From: an uncultured Syntrophomonas sp.
GTDB taxonomy: Bacteria; Bacillota; Syntrophomonadia; Syntrophomonadales; Syntrophomonadaceae
Direction: 5' to 3'
DNA length: 64,000 nt
Assembly (NCBI GenBank): GCA_964494735.1
Contig: CAZBSD010000004.1
Location: 10,988-74,987 of the forward strand
Positions 7,746 to 17,734 of the stretch are shown here, piece after piece. The stretch's first letter is position 1, and each line of letters starts with the position of its first letter. The position numbers and the translations under genes were made by a program. The notes below the pieces were generated by a model, which saw only the letters and a program-made list of their open reading frames with translations, was not told the origin of the DNA and did no database searches.

Positions 7746-9003
7746 GAGATACTCCCGCTCGCCTCAATATGCTGTATTCGGGTAAGGCGCGATCATAGGC
7801 AAAAAACACCTTCTGGAGCGGATGACGGGCCCGGTCGAGCCACTGTCCCTCCTGATCGAACAACGCCGACACACTTATATCGATAATATCGCCGCCGGGT
7901 AAGAGTATCTGCAGGGGATCCCCGGGCCCAAAATTGGCCCGTTGCTGGATTTCCACCCAGCCCCGGTGGTAGTCATAGCCCTGCACCAATCCGCAGAAAT
8001 CGGCCCTGCCACTGACCTTGGTTTTATCCAAGTCCATCATCGACGGTGAATCCCCCTGTATAAAACCATCCGTAAAAGGCCGGGTCGCTACCGTATGGAG
8101 TTCGGTCATCCAAGATGCGATCTCATCTTCTGAAAATGGTCGACTGGTGGTTAGGCAACGGTCGATAGCCTGGCGATAGACCCGGGCTACGGTGGCTACA
8201 TAAAGCGGGCTTTTCATCCGTCCTTCCACTTTGAAAGCCTCGATACCGGCTTCTATCAATACCGGCAGATGCGGCAACAGACAGAGATCACGGGAATTGA
8301 AGATATAGCTGCCCCGCTCATCCTCCTCAACCGGGTAGTATTGTCCGGGACGCTTCTGCTCGACCACCTGGTAAGAATAGCGGCAGGGATGGGCACATTC
8401 GCCGCTGTTGGCACTCCGGCCGGTCATATAATGGGAGAGAAGGCAACGCCCTGAATAGGAAACGCACATCGCTCCATGCGCGAACACCTCCACCTCAATG
8501 TCCGCCTTTCGTTTAATATCGATTATCTCATTTAGGCTGAGTTCACGAGCCAGGACGATTCGCTTTGCCCCCAGATCTCGATAGAAGGCGGCCGCTTCAT
8601 AGTTGCTGACATTGGCCTGGGTGCTGATGGTAATGGGGAGTTCGGGGGCATAGAGCTTTGTCATCCTCAGAATGCCCGGATCCGCAACTATCAGCCCGTC
8701 TATTTCCAGGCTGGCCAGCGCTTCCAGAAAGGCAGGGAGCGACTTGATATCCCGGTTATGGGCCAGGATATTGACGGTAATATACAACCTCTTCCCTTGC
8801 CGATGGGCCAGTTGCGCTCCGGTGCCGATATCATCCAGGCTAAGGTTACCCGCATAGGCGCGGAGACTAAAATCCCTGCCGCCGGCATACACCGAGTCTG
8901 TCCCGAATAATAGAGCGGTCTTCAGCTTGTCCAGGTCACCTGCCGGCATCACCAGTTCGGGTTTACGGATCACAGCCTCATCGCTGCCATGTTTACAATC
9001 CAT
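7735..9003 (-). CDS. peptidase U32 family protein (collagenase-like / RNA hydroxylation family)
   Basis: KPELVMPAGDLDKLKTALLFGTDSVYAGG...GKRLYITVNILAHN...EVFAHGAMCVSYSGRCLLS is typical U32. Start chosen at ATG 9003, which overlaps the mltG stop. The ORF-track start at 9075 would lie inside mltG. Confidence 0.8.
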   Translation of the reverse strand: MDCKHGSDEAVIRKPELVMPAGDLDKLKTALLFGTDSVYAGGRDFSLRAYAGNLSLDDIGTGAQLAHRQGKRLYITVNILAHNRDIKSLPAFLEALASLEIDGLIVADPGILRMTKLYAPELPITISTQANVSNYEAAAFYRDLGAKRIVLARELSLNEIIDIKRKADIEVEVFAHGAMCVSYSGRCLLSHYMTGRSANSGECAHPCRYSYQVVEQKRPGQYYPVEEDERGSYIFNSRDLCLLPHLPVLIEAGIEAFKVEGRMKSPLYVATVARVYRQAIDRCLTTSRPFSEDEIASWMTELHTVATRPFTDGFIQGDSPSMMDLDKTKVSGRADFCGLVQGYDYHRGWVEIQQRANFGPGDPLQILLPGGDIIDISVSALFDQEGQWLDRARHPLQKVFFAYDRALPEYSILRRAGVSHEG

Positions 9004-10021
9004 ATTTGGCCTTGGCCGCCAGGTGTTCGGCATAAGTAGTGGAAAAATGGTGACTGCCGTCACCTTTGGCCACATAATAAAAATAATTATTGGCTTCCGG
9101 TGTCAGCGCAGCAACGATGGATGGTCCGCCAGGGGAGGCGATGGGACCGGCCGGCAAGCCGGCATATTTATAGGTATTGTAAGGCGAGTTAATTTCCAGG
9201 TCTTTGTAAGTCAACCTCTCTCGATGTTCTCCCAAGCTGTAAATAATTGTGGCATCGATCTGGAGCGGCATACCGGCTTGGAGGCGATTATATATCACGC
9301 CGGCAATCCTTTCCCTTTCCTCGGCCACCCGAGCCTCTCTTTCTATCAGTGATGCCACGATCACTACCTCACGTACGCTTAGTTTCTTAATCTCTGCCTG
9401 CGCTGCAAATTGTTCATCCCACCGTGACCGGAAGTGATCCAACATCATCGCCAGTATATCTTGGGCGCTGCTGGCCTCGTCGATGGAGTAAGTATCCGGG
9501 TACAAATAGCCTTCCAGTCGTTTCTCCGGCGTTGATGTAAGCGGGGGTAGAAAGTCATAGTCGCCAGTAGCAGCCAAAGCTGCTGCCCATTGCTGCGGGG
9601 TACAAATCTTTTCCTTCACCAACAGATCACCAATCTGTTTGACCGTGTAGCCCTCCGGGACAGTCAGGGTCCTGCTCTTGACACTTCCCGAGGCGATCTT
9701 CACCGCCAATTGAGGCACTGACATGCTGCGGCTTAGTTCATAGAGCCCGGCTTTGAGTTGCTTGTCCAATCCCTGTTGACGGCAATAAAACAAGAACACT
9801 TCTTGATTACGGATCAGTCCATTTTGCGACAACAGAGCAGCGACATCGCCAGCAGTACTATTCTCTGGCAGGCGCACATCAATTGTGGTGACATCGGTAC
9901 GGTCGACCGGTTGGAGCTGCAGATTAAGGAGTTGCCAGCCTGAAACCGCCAAGGCCAATACCAGGACCAATAACAAAACAAATATTCTGGGTCGGGACGT
10001 TTTCATTTCGGTCTCAATCAT
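8993..10021 (-). CDS. mltG: endolytic murein transglycosylase MltG (YceG-like)
   Basis: Single N-terminal TM segment. The C-terminal region reads SPYNTYKYAGLPAGPIASPGGPSIVAAL..YFYYVAKGDGSHHFSTTYAEH. Start at ATG 10021 (SD AAGGTG 7 nt upstream). Confidence 0.85.
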   Translation of the reverse strand: MIETEMKTSRPRIFVLLLVLVLALAVSGWQLLNLQLQPVDRTDVTTIDVRLPENSTAGDVAALLSQNGLIRNQEVFLFYCRQQGLDKQLKAGLYELSRSMSVPQLAVKIASGSVKSRTLTVPEGYTVKQIGDLLVKEKICTPQQWAAALAATGDYDFLPPLTSTPEKRLEGYLYPDTYSIDEASSAQDILAMMLDHFRSRWDEQFAAQAEIKKLSVREVVIVASLIEREARVAEERERIAGVIYNRLQAGMPLQIDATIIYSLGEHRERLTYKDLEINSPYNTYKYAGLPAGPIASPGGPSIVAALTPEANNYFYYVAKGDGSHHFSTTYAEHLAAKAKYGL

Positions 10022-10092
10022 CTCTACACACCTTTGCAATAAGCCGCCCGGTGGTTCAGTCGAGCTCAGACCCGCCCTGCCGGATTATCATT

Positions 10093-11601
10093 CTATGGCT
10101 GGATAGTGGGTCGATTTAACGGCGTCTCATCTCTTTCATTTTCACCGCGGGGTTTGTCGGGGGAAAATCGCGGCGGCTTGGCTGGCCTGGTGTTTTCGTC
10201 GCTATCCGCCTCACCCGGCTGCAGGGGGGATACCGGTATGACTGCCGGGCCTTTCAATATCAGTCGGTTTAGAGGTCTATAGGTGTCGGTGTCCAGTTGC
10301 TCGGTGCGCACAATCTTGCCGTTTTTATCGTAGAAGGTACGGAAGGACCTTGCCACGTATCCCAACTGCCCTTTATTGTTTACTACCTCCTGACCTGGAG
10401 CCAGGGTCTCATCCAGCTCAGTGACGGTTGAAAAGTCCAATGTCTTGTCGATGATACTTGATATTTCTATATGTTGTTTATACTCGGTATTTCCGTATAT
10501 ATTCACCAACAGCTTGCCACCCGAGGTCATAACCCGGATATAGATGGGGCGATCGGTGTTGTTCTTGAACCTATAATCCTGCAAACCATAGTTCACGGTG
10601 GCGTCGCGTCCGACCTGGACATAGGCCACCGCCAGATTATGGTTGTGGCGTTCCACGATCTCAAGTCCCGCCAATAGAGAGGCGTTGTATAAGGTGGATG
10701 ATACCTGGCAGATCCCGCCGCCCAGCCCCGGTTCGAATTTGTTGCCAACTATGACCATGGCGTCCAGGTACCCTTTCTCCATGGTGCGCTGTCCCACTGT
10801 CTCGTTAAATGAGAATACCGCGCCGGGCTCCAGGACCTTCTTGTTGATGCTGGCTGCAGCCTTGCGCAGATTATGACTGCGGTTTATCTCGCCGGTGTTG
10901 AAGTAGGTGGAGAAACTGCCCAACTCGCCCATGTTCTGGAGAATGTCAGCGGATACCCGTGGTTGGACGGACGCAATGATTACCGGTAAACGCAACGGTT
11001 CGACCTTATTAATGGTCTGCGGCAGTCCGCTGAAAATCTGCTCGATGTCTACTTTGTATCCGGCGATGCCGGGTACAACCACCAATCCGTTCAGGTCATC
11101 CACATCCAGGCTGGCATCCTGGGGCGCCTTACCCCATTTGGACTCCCATTCCGCGGCCAGGCTGGCTTTCTTGTCAGCATTTATCTCGACTGGAACCGGA
11201 TATGATATGTTTTTACCGCTGGCCAGGTTGGCTGCTTTGGCTTGCCAGCTTCGACTATTCTCTTGCTCCCAGATCCGATCCACTATTTCAAGCGCGCTGG
11301 CTGGCTCACAAAGGTCGCCCATTTTGCTTTCCAGGCTGTAATCGTCTTTATAGAAAGTCACTTTGGCCGCATAAAATTCTTCTAAAGACTTGCCCAGCGC
11401 AGCCACTGCCTGCTCCTTACTGTAGTCCTCTACCAGTACCCCGCCGATCTCCACCCCGGCTGCAAATGTTTTGCTGCTGGAAAACCAATAGTACATCCCC
11501 AAACAAGTGAATCCAATTACCACTACCACAGCCACAAAGCCCTGGACCAATCGCGACGGAAGTTTTCTCTCTCCCCTGGCCTGTTCTTGTTCCTGTTCCA
11601 A
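10093..11601 (-). CDS. VanW-family protein with C-terminal G5 domain
   Basis: TM anchor followed by the VanW core FSFNETVGQRT..GYLDAMVIVGNKFEPGLGGGICQVSSTLYNA. The C-terminal segment is G5-like (QLGYVARSFRTFYDKNGKIVRTEQL). Confidence 0.8.
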   Translation of the reverse strand: MEQEQEQARGERKLPSRLVQGFVAVVVVIGFTCLGMYYWFSSSKTFAAGVEIGGVLVEDYSKEQAVAALGKSLEEFYAAKVTFYKDDYSLESKMGDLCEPASALEIVDRIWEQENSRSWQAKAANLASGKNISYPVPVEINADKKASLAAEWESKWGKAPQDASLDVDDLNGLVVVPGIAGYKVDIEQIFSGLPQTINKVEPLRLPVIIASVQPRVSADILQNMGELGSFSTYFNTGEINRSHNLRKAAASINKKVLEPGAVFSFNETVGQRTMEKGYLDAMVIVGNKFEPGLGGGICQVSSTLYNASLLAGLEIVERHNHNLAVAYVQVGRDATVNYGLQDYRFKNNTDRPIYIRVMTSGGKLLVNIYGNTEYKQHIEISSIIDKTLDFSTVTELDETLAPGQEVVNNKGQLGYVARSFRTFYDKNGKIVRTEQLDTDTYRPLNRLILKGPAVIPVSPLQPGEADSDENTRPAKPPRFSPDKPRGENERDETPLNRPTIQP

Positions 11602-11830
11602 ATCCCATCCCTCACTAATGCTTGCAAAATCTTTTCCCTAATTATATTATAGCTGGCGGGTTATATGAAGATTAACGATATCGGCCAAAACATGGCAAAT
11701 ACGGAATTATGCATATTTGAAAAGCCCATTCAATCAGCATATCAATCGATACACATCAATCATGGGCCGACGATCCCTGTCTTATTAAGTTACGGTCCGA
11801 ACCAGAGGTAAATCTACCTATGAGCAAGGA

Positions 11831-12139
11831 CTAGACGTCCTCATCACTATCGGCTAGCTCCTGCCAGGCATCCGCTACCTTTTCCCATTCCTCGTCATCT
11901 TCTATATCTCCCAGGTATTCGTTGCCTTCCTCATCGTAGACCACCTTGAGAATGACCACCTCAACCTCTTCGTCTTCGTCCTCGCTCGGTTCCTCTTCAC
12001 TGTATGGAATTAAAACCCGGTAATTCTGGTCCTCGACTTCCAATTCCGCCAAGAGCTCAAATTCATGCTCTTCGCCATCCTCATCAACTAAAACAAGTAT
12101 AGGAAATTCCTCATCGTCAAAGATTTCTTCATTATCCAT
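11831..12139 (-). CDS. DUF1292-like acidic protein
   Basis: 102 aa and highly acidic (..LVDEDGEEHEFELLAELEVEDQNYRVLIPY..). It sits where B. subtilis yrzB lies, between ruvX and mltG. Confidence 0.7.
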   Translation of the reverse strand: MDNEEIFDDEEFPILVLVDEDGEEHEFELLAELEVEDQNYRVLIPYSEEEPSEDEDEEVEVVILKVVYDEEGNEYLGDIEDDEEWEKVADAWQELADSDEDV

Positions 12140-12198
12140 TTATTAACCTCCTAACTAAACTATCGTAATTCTAATCTTAGCGGCCATCCTTTGTCAAA

Positions 12199-12615
12199 CT
12201 ACTTGTTGGCTTGCCGGTCCAGATACCCCTGCAATATGTTGACCGCCGCCAGCTTATCAATCACTTGTTTACGCTTGCGGCGGCTCACATTGGCTTCCAC
12301 CAGCACCTTCTGCGCAGCTACCGTGGTCAAGCGTTCATCCCAATACTCAATCGGCAGGCCGATATTGTCCTGCAGCAACTGCCCAAATTCCATAATTTCT
12401 TGGCCTTTAGGACCTATGGTACCGTTCATGTTGCGGGGAAATCCAAGTACTACGGTACCGATTTGGTTATCTGCACAGAGCCCGGCCAGCAACTTCAGGT
12501 CCTGCTGCAGGTTTCCCCGCACCAGCACCGAATGCCCCTGAGCGGTCCATCCCAGTTGATCACTGATGGCGATACCTATTCTTTTTTCACCCACATCTAA
12601 CCCCATTATTCTCAT
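12199..12615 (-). CDS. ruvX: Holliday junction resolvase-like RuvX (YqgF)
   Basis: MRIMGLDVGEKRIGIAISD is the N-terminal signature. Start at ATG 12615. Confidence 0.85.
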   Translation of the reverse strand: MRIMGLDVGEKRIGIAISDQLGWTAQGHSVLVRGNLQQDLKLLAGLCADNQIGTVVLGFPRNMNGTIGPKGQEIMEFGQLLQDNIGLPIEYWDERLTTVAAQKVLVEANVSRRKRKQVIDKLAAVNILQGYLDRQANK

Positions 12616-12734
12616 AAAGTCCAATCCCTATACAGAATCTCCCAGTGAACGGTTGCCTAGTTATGAACATCACCAAACCCGGGATTCCTTCCAAAATAAA
12701 GCCCCCGGGCGAGTGTTCGGGGGCGTCAGGCGGT

Positions 12735-12989
12735 TTACTCCAGATATTTCTTAAGCAGTACCTCCATTATCTCATCGCGGTCTATCTTGCATATCAGGTT
12801 ACGGGCTTGCTTGTGGCTGGTTATATAGGCCGGTTCACCTGATATCATATAACCCACCAATTGATTTAAAGGATTATACCCCTTTTCCTGAAGGGCCGCA
12901 TATACAGTTTTGAGAATACTGTAGACTTGATCGGGATCTTCTTTCTCCCATTTGAAGCTGACCGTCCGGTCGCCATGATCCTGTGACAT
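12735..12989 (-). CDS. ireB: IreB-family regulatory phosphoprotein (UPF0297)
   Basis: Motif ..VYAALQEKGYNPLNQLVGYMISGEPAYITSH..AR. Start at ATG 12989, 6 nt after GGGAGGTG. Confidence 0.8.
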   Translation of the reverse strand: MSQDHGDRTVSFKWEKEDPDQVYSILKTVYAALQEKGYNPLNQLVGYMISGEPAYITSHKQARNLICKIDRDEIMEVLLKKYLE

Positions 12990-13048
12990 ACTGGCCACCT
13001 CCCTTTCAACCCTATAATTCTATTTTGTTGTGCTTATCTCCTGCCCAA

Positions 13049-15688
13049 TCAGGCCAGGGATTTCCCCACCATGTCTCGGGCCGACGTCAAGGCGTTGGAT
13101 AACTGGTCAACGTCCTTACCGCCTGCCTGGGCCATATCAGGCCGCCCTCCGCCTCCGCCGCCCGCAATCCTGGCAGCGGCACCGGCAATCTTACCCGCAT
13201 TTAGGCCCCGATCGATCAGATCCTTGCTGACGAAGCAAACCAGAGTTACTCGATTATCGATGACCGCACCCAAGAGCACCACGGCACTGCCAAGCCTGTC
13301 TTTTATCCTCTCCGCACTCTCTCTAAGGTTATTGGCATCCGTACTTTGAACTTCCGCCATCAGGACCTTGGCACCATTTATCTCCTCCGCCTGGTCGATG
13401 ATGTCTTCACTGGCGGCCTTGGAAAGACGCCCTTTTAACTGCATGATTTCCTTGTCCTTTTCTTTCAGGACCCGGTTGAGTGCATCGATGCGCTTGACAA
13501 CATCGGAGGGATTAGTTTTTAGGACACTAGCTGCTTCCTTTATCTCTTTTTCGAGCTCATTGAGATATCCCCGTGCCCCTCGGCCAGTAAGGGCTTCAAT
13601 CCGGCGAAGTCCAGAACCGATGCTGCCCTCGCTGATAATCTTGAATAATCCGATCTCGCCGGTATTATGAACATGAGCCCCGCCACACAACTCCAGGCTG
13701 AAGTTATGGACCTCTACGACTCTGACCTCATCACCGTATTTCTCCCCGAACAGGGCGGTGGCCCCCATTTCCCGCGCATCATTGATATCGGTTATAGTGG
13801 TCCGCACCGGGTGACTTTCAAGTATGGCCTGGTTGACGATCTCCTCTATCTCAACCAACTGCTCCATGGTTAGAGCCGACAACTGAGAGAAGTCAAACCT
13901 GAGTTTGGCAGGTTCCACCAGTGAGCCCTTTTGTTGGGCGTGCTCTCCGAGGACCATCCGCAGCGCCCTGTGGAGCAGATGGGTGGCGGTATGATTGCGC
14001 GAGGTGTCCAGCCGCAAATCCGAATCCAATTCCAGGCGGACCAAATCTCCCTCACGCATGCTTCCCGTCAAGATACCGCGATGTATTATCCATCCGGCAA
14101 TCTTTTGCGCATCCAGCACCCGGACCGAACCGGTATCACCGTAAATATATCCGGTGTCAGCCACCTGCCCTCCACTTTCAGCATAGAACGGTGTGCTGGA
14201 GGTAATTATGATTACTTCGGCATCAGCGGCAAATCCTTCCCGTTTTTCGTCTTTGATGATCGCTACAACCACTGATTCGTCTTTAAAACGTTCGTATCCG
14301 GTAAATCCAGTTTCGGCCACATCGGCCAATACCTGTGCAATCAGCTGCTCCCCGGCGTAAGCGCTGTCGCTCTTGTGAGCCTGCCGAGCCCGATTGCGCT
14401 GTTCTTCCATCATATCGTTAAAACCAGCGGTATCCACCGTGAATCGGTTCTCTTCCGCCATGTCCTCGGTCAGGTCCAGGGGAAAGCCGTAAGTATCATA
14501 AAGGGTAAATGCTTCTGCTCCGGTTATCTCACGGCGGCCTTCGCTATTGGCGATCTGGATTATCTCTTCCACTTTTTTGACTCCCTCTTTGAGGGTGACA
14601 AAAAAGCGCTCCTCTTCAATCTTGATCACGTCCTGGACAAAGTCCTGTTTCTCCCGTAACTCGGGATAGGCATCCTGCATGAGTCTTGATACAACCTCGA
14701 CGTTCTTGTACAGGAAAGGCTCCTCGAGACCTAAAAATTGTCCAAATCTTACTGCCCGCCGCAAGATACGACGCAGCACATAACCCCTGCCTTCATTGCT
14801 CGGCAGCACCCCATCAGCTATCAGGAAGGTGCAGGCGCGGCTGTGATCGGCGATCACCCGGAAAGGAAATCCAGCTTCGCCGCGATCATAGGCTCGGTTG
14901 GTGAGGACCTCAATATTTTTTATGATGGGTGTAAAGAGGTCAGTCTCGAAGTTACTGTCGACGTTTTGGAGTATCGAGGTGAGTCTCTCCAGGCCCATCC
15001 CGGTATCAATGCTGGGCCGGGGCAGCGGCATCATCTCCCCGTCTTCATTACGATTGAATTGCATGAAAACCAGATTCCATATCTCCAGCCAGCGGTCACA
15101 ATCACACACCCCGATGCCACATTGGGGGTGTCCACATGAATATGATTCACCCCGGTCATATAGGATCTCACTACAGGGACCGCAGGGACCGGTGTCGCCC
15201 ATACTCCAGAAATTATCCTTTTCTCCCAAACGGACTATCTTATGGCCAGGCACCCCGATCATATCCCGCCATAGGTTGTAAGCATCGTCGTCATCCTGGA
15301 ATATGGTCGGCCAGAGCCTTTCTGCCGGCAATCCAACCACATCGGTAAGAAACTCCCAGGCATATTGGATGGCATCCTCTTTGAAATAGTCACCGAAGGA
15401 GAAATTGCCCAACATTTCGAAGAAAGTATGATGGCGAGGGGTACGCCCCACTGTATCCAGGTCGTTGTGTTTGCCGCCCGCCCGCACACATTTCTGGGAG
15501 GTGGTGGCGCGGGTATAGGGTCGTTTATCAATCCCCAGGAATACATCTTTGAATTGGTTCATCCCGGCATTGGCGAAGAGCAGGGTGGGGTCGTTATAAG
15601 GAACTAGTGAAGAACTGTCCACTACCATGTGCTGGCGTTCCTCAAAATATTTTAGGAATGTCTTACGAATCTCGCTGCTGGTCAGCAC
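13049..15688 (-). CDS. alaS: alanine--tRNA ligase
   Basis: 879 aa. Motifs include FANAGMNQFK, QKCVRAGGKHNDL..VG and HHTFFEMLGNFSFGDYFK. The editing domain carries HTATHLLH. GTG start 7 nt after AGAGGGGGA. Confidence 0.95.
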   Translation of the reverse strand: MLTSSEIRKTFLKYFEERQHMVVDSSSLVPYNDPTLLFANAGMNQFKDVFLGIDKRPYTRATTSQKCVRAGGKHNDLDTVGRTPRHHTFFEMLGNFSFGDYFKEDAIQYAWEFLTDVVGLPAERLWPTIFQDDDDAYNLWRDMIGVPGHKIVRLGEKDNFWSMGDTGPCGPCSEILYDRGESYSCGHPQCGIGVCDCDRWLEIWNLVFMQFNRNEDGEMMPLPRPSIDTGMGLERLTSILQNVDSNFETDLFTPIIKNIEVLTNRAYDRGEAGFPFRVIADHSRACTFLIADGVLPSNEGRGYVLRRILRRAVRFGQFLGLEEPFLYKNVEVVSRLMQDAYPELREKQDFVQDVIKIEEERFFVTLKEGVKKVEEIIQIANSEGRREITGAEAFTLYDTYGFPLDLTEDMAEENRFTVDTAGFNDMMEEQRNRARQAHKSDSAYAGEQLIAQVLADVAETGFTGYERFKDESVVVAIIKDEKREGFAADAEVIIITSSTPFYAESGGQVADTGYIYGDTGSVRVLDAQKIAGWIIHRGILTGSMREGDLVRLELDSDLRLDTSRNHTATHLLHRALRMVLGEHAQQKGSLVEPAKLRFDFSQLSALTMEQLVEIEEIVNQAILESHPVRTTITDINDAREMGATALFGEKYGDEVRVVEVHNFSLELCGGAHVHNTGEIGLFKIISEGSIGSGLRRIEALTGRGARGYLNELEKEIKEAASVLKTNPSDVVKRIDALNRVLKEKDKEIMQLKGRLSKAASEDIIDQAEEINGAKVLMAEVQSTDANNLRESAERIKDRLGSAVVLLGAVIDNRVTLVCFVSKDLIDRGLNAGKIAGAAARIAGGGGGGRPDMAQAGGKDVDQLSNALTSARDMVGKSLA

Positions 15689-15776
15689 AATGCAGTCCCC
15701 CTCTATTCCATTTAATACTTTATTAGACTATTTTCTTTTATAAATGAGTCCGTGTCAATAAAGGCGCCCCTGCAAT

Positions 15777-16808
15777 TTAGGACTGGACCAGCTTCAAATA
15801 CAGGTATGTTACTATTATCCTGAGCGAGGCCGCCAAGGGAACGGCTACCAGCATCCCCCCCAGTCCCATCAATTTCCCTCCGGCCAGTAAAGCGAAAACC
15901 ATAAACAACGGATGGATGCCCACCCGTTCCCCAATCAGCCGGGGAGTGATGATATTGCTCTCTGCTTGTTGGATTATTACTATGGCCGCCAACATATAAA
16001 TGGCATCGGTTGGCGAATGAGTCAGTGCCAGTCCCACAGCAGGTATGCCCCCCAGCAAGGGACCGAAAAACGGTATCAGTTCTCCTATACCACCTATTAC
16101 ACCAATGAGAAAAGGGTACGGTACTCCTATTATGTAAGCGGCAGTGCCGATCATCATCCCAACCATTGCGGCAATCATCAGGTATCCTTTGCAAAACTCT
16201 ATTATGACTGCGTCTATGCTGAGGGCCAGGGCGCCCAGCTCGCGGCGTGTGGCCGGGGGGAAGAAGCCCGCCAGGACCTTCTTTATGTGTTCCCAGTCTT
16301 TGATAATGTAGAAAGCCATGATGGGAGCAAATATTATCAATAGCGCCTTGCTTAGCAGGTCATAAATCGAAGTTGCTATATTCTCCAGGGCTGAATAGAT
16401 GGTGTTTTCCAAACGCCCGGTAAACTGGCTGATAATTTCACCCAGTTTACCAGGCAACTGCATGCCGTCGAAACGTTCAGCCAAGGTCTCCAGCCGCAGC
16501 TGGTATTCAGGCAACAACCGGGCTAATCTTCCCAATTCGGTCATTAGGCTGGGGACGGTGAACCACAATATCGATCCTATCCCGATGATCAAAACCAGAT
16601 ATACCAGCAGTATTGCCAATGTGCGTTTAGATCCCCGGCGCTCCAACCATAAAACGGGTCGATACAGAAAATATGCCAATACTCCAGCGGCTATGAAACT
16701 GCCGACTATTTCCCGGACCAAGTACAAAAAATAGAAGGTGGTTCCCACCACCCCAATCAATAGTATCGAACGAAATATTCTGTTGTGCCACCATGCCACC
16801 CCGATCAC
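15777..16808 (-). CDS. AI-2E family transporter (UPF0118/PerM-like)
   Basis: Polytopic membrane protein of 343 aa with the family-typical C-terminal half (..IGELIPFFGPLLGGIPAV..PRLIGERVGIHPL..). Confidence 0.75.
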   Translation of the reverse strand: MIGVAWWHNRIFRSILLIGVVGTTFYFLYLVREIVGSFIAAGVLAYFLYRPVLWLERRGSKRTLAILLVYLVLIIGIGSILWFTVPSLMTELGRLARLLPEYQLRLETLAERFDGMQLPGKLGEIISQFTGRLENTIYSALENIATSIYDLLSKALLIIFAPIMAFYIIKDWEHIKKVLAGFFPPATRRELGALALSIDAVIIEFCKGYLMIAAMVGMMIGTAAYIIGVPYPFLIGVIGGIGELIPFFGPLLGGIPAVGLALTHSPTDAIYMLAAIVIIQQAESNIITPRLIGERVGIHPLFMVFALLAGGKLMGLGGMLVAVPLAASLRIIVTYLYLKLVQS

Positions 16809-16850
16809 CCTACTTTCGGCAGCCTTTCCAGTTTGAGCTTTTCTCCGTCT

Positions 16851-17027
16851 TTAAATCAGACCGGGAAACTCATCGATGGCCGTTAACATACCGTCCTCGC
16901 CCACCTCAAATAGATTTAATCGTCCCCGGGCATAGTTGAACTCCAGGAAACAATTCCAGCAGTAGTACTGGTCGCTGCCCACCTTGCCTACCTGCAGTCC
17001 TCTGCAAACCGGGCATTTCAACGTCAT
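16851..17027 (-). CDS. small zinc-ribbon protein (58 aa), below the ORF-track cutoff
   Basis: My translation is MTLKCPVCRGLQVGKVGSDQYYCWNCFLEFNYARGRLNLFEVGEDGMLTAIDEFPGLI. It has CPxC...CWNC cysteine pairs. Its ATG overlaps the TGA of the upstream PRC-barrel gene (ATGA), which suggests translational coupling. Confidence 0.5.
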   Translation of the reverse strand: MTLKCPVCRGLQVGKVGSDQYYCWNCFLEFNYARGRLNLFEVGEDGMLTAIDEFPGLI

Positions 17028-17494
17028 TTCGTATCGCTTCCTTCCTGAGAGATTATTGCGTTTTCCTGGCTCACCCAGCGTATCACCTGCAAGGGTAGCT
17101 CCCGGCGCCCCTCCAGGATGTCCTTAAAAACCCCGGCTGAGACCTCTACCCTATTGATCTTCTTCTGGTTCAAATCGATGATAAAATCGCTAAGTATCCC
17201 CAATTCTTGGCCAGCTTCATCAAACAGGGTGTCTCCGCACTTCTTCTCATATATGGATGATTCTTCCCCGTGAGCATAGGATTTAATACTATCTGCATCG
17301 GAAATCATCACTGCCGAAATTCCTAGTTTTAGATCTTCTCCCCTGATTATGCCCGGTTCACCCTTATTCGTTTCTACTACCAGGTATGCCAGACTGTAAT
17401 CATCCCCCACTACTGCCTTGGTCACTCGGCCGATAGCCTCTGCGGTCGCCTCCAGCAAAACCGGCAGGTTTTCCAGACTCCTTAGCTTCATCAC
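17024..17494 (-). CDS. PRC-barrel domain protein (two PRC-like halves)
   Basis: 156 aa with repeated segments resembling YlmC/YmxH-type PRC barrels (..AIGRVTKAVVGDDYSLAYLVVE.. and ..ELGILSDFIIDLNQKKINRVEVS..). Fold assignment is from memory. Confidence 0.5.
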   Translation of the reverse strand: MMKLRSLENLPVLLEATAEAIGRVTKAVVGDDYSLAYLVVETNKGEPGIIRGEDLKLGISAVMISDADSIKSYAHGEESSIYEKKCGDTLFDEAGQELGILSDFIIDLNQKKINRVEVSAGVFKDILEGRRELPLQVIRWVSQENAIISQEGSDTK

Positions 17495-17734
17495 TATTCC
17501 CCTTCAGATTAGTGGACTATCATCCGGCAATAGTTTTTCCACACCGTCCAAAAATATGTGGTAAATGGTCGCTGACCGGCATCAGGACCTATCCATAATG
17601 ATCAGGATCGTGATCAGCTCGGGAAAATCCTATTATCGCTGCCCATCTGTTTTATGCCTGCTATGGCAGGCCGCCGTGGCATGATTTATAATTAATCCCA
17701 ATAACGATCGATTTAAACAGCGGAGGTCGGCCTG

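Noticed and set aside
15689-15776. T-box leader upstream of alaS
   Set aside because: Only 88 nt separate alaS from the upstream gene. That is too short for a T-box, and no T-box sequence is visible.
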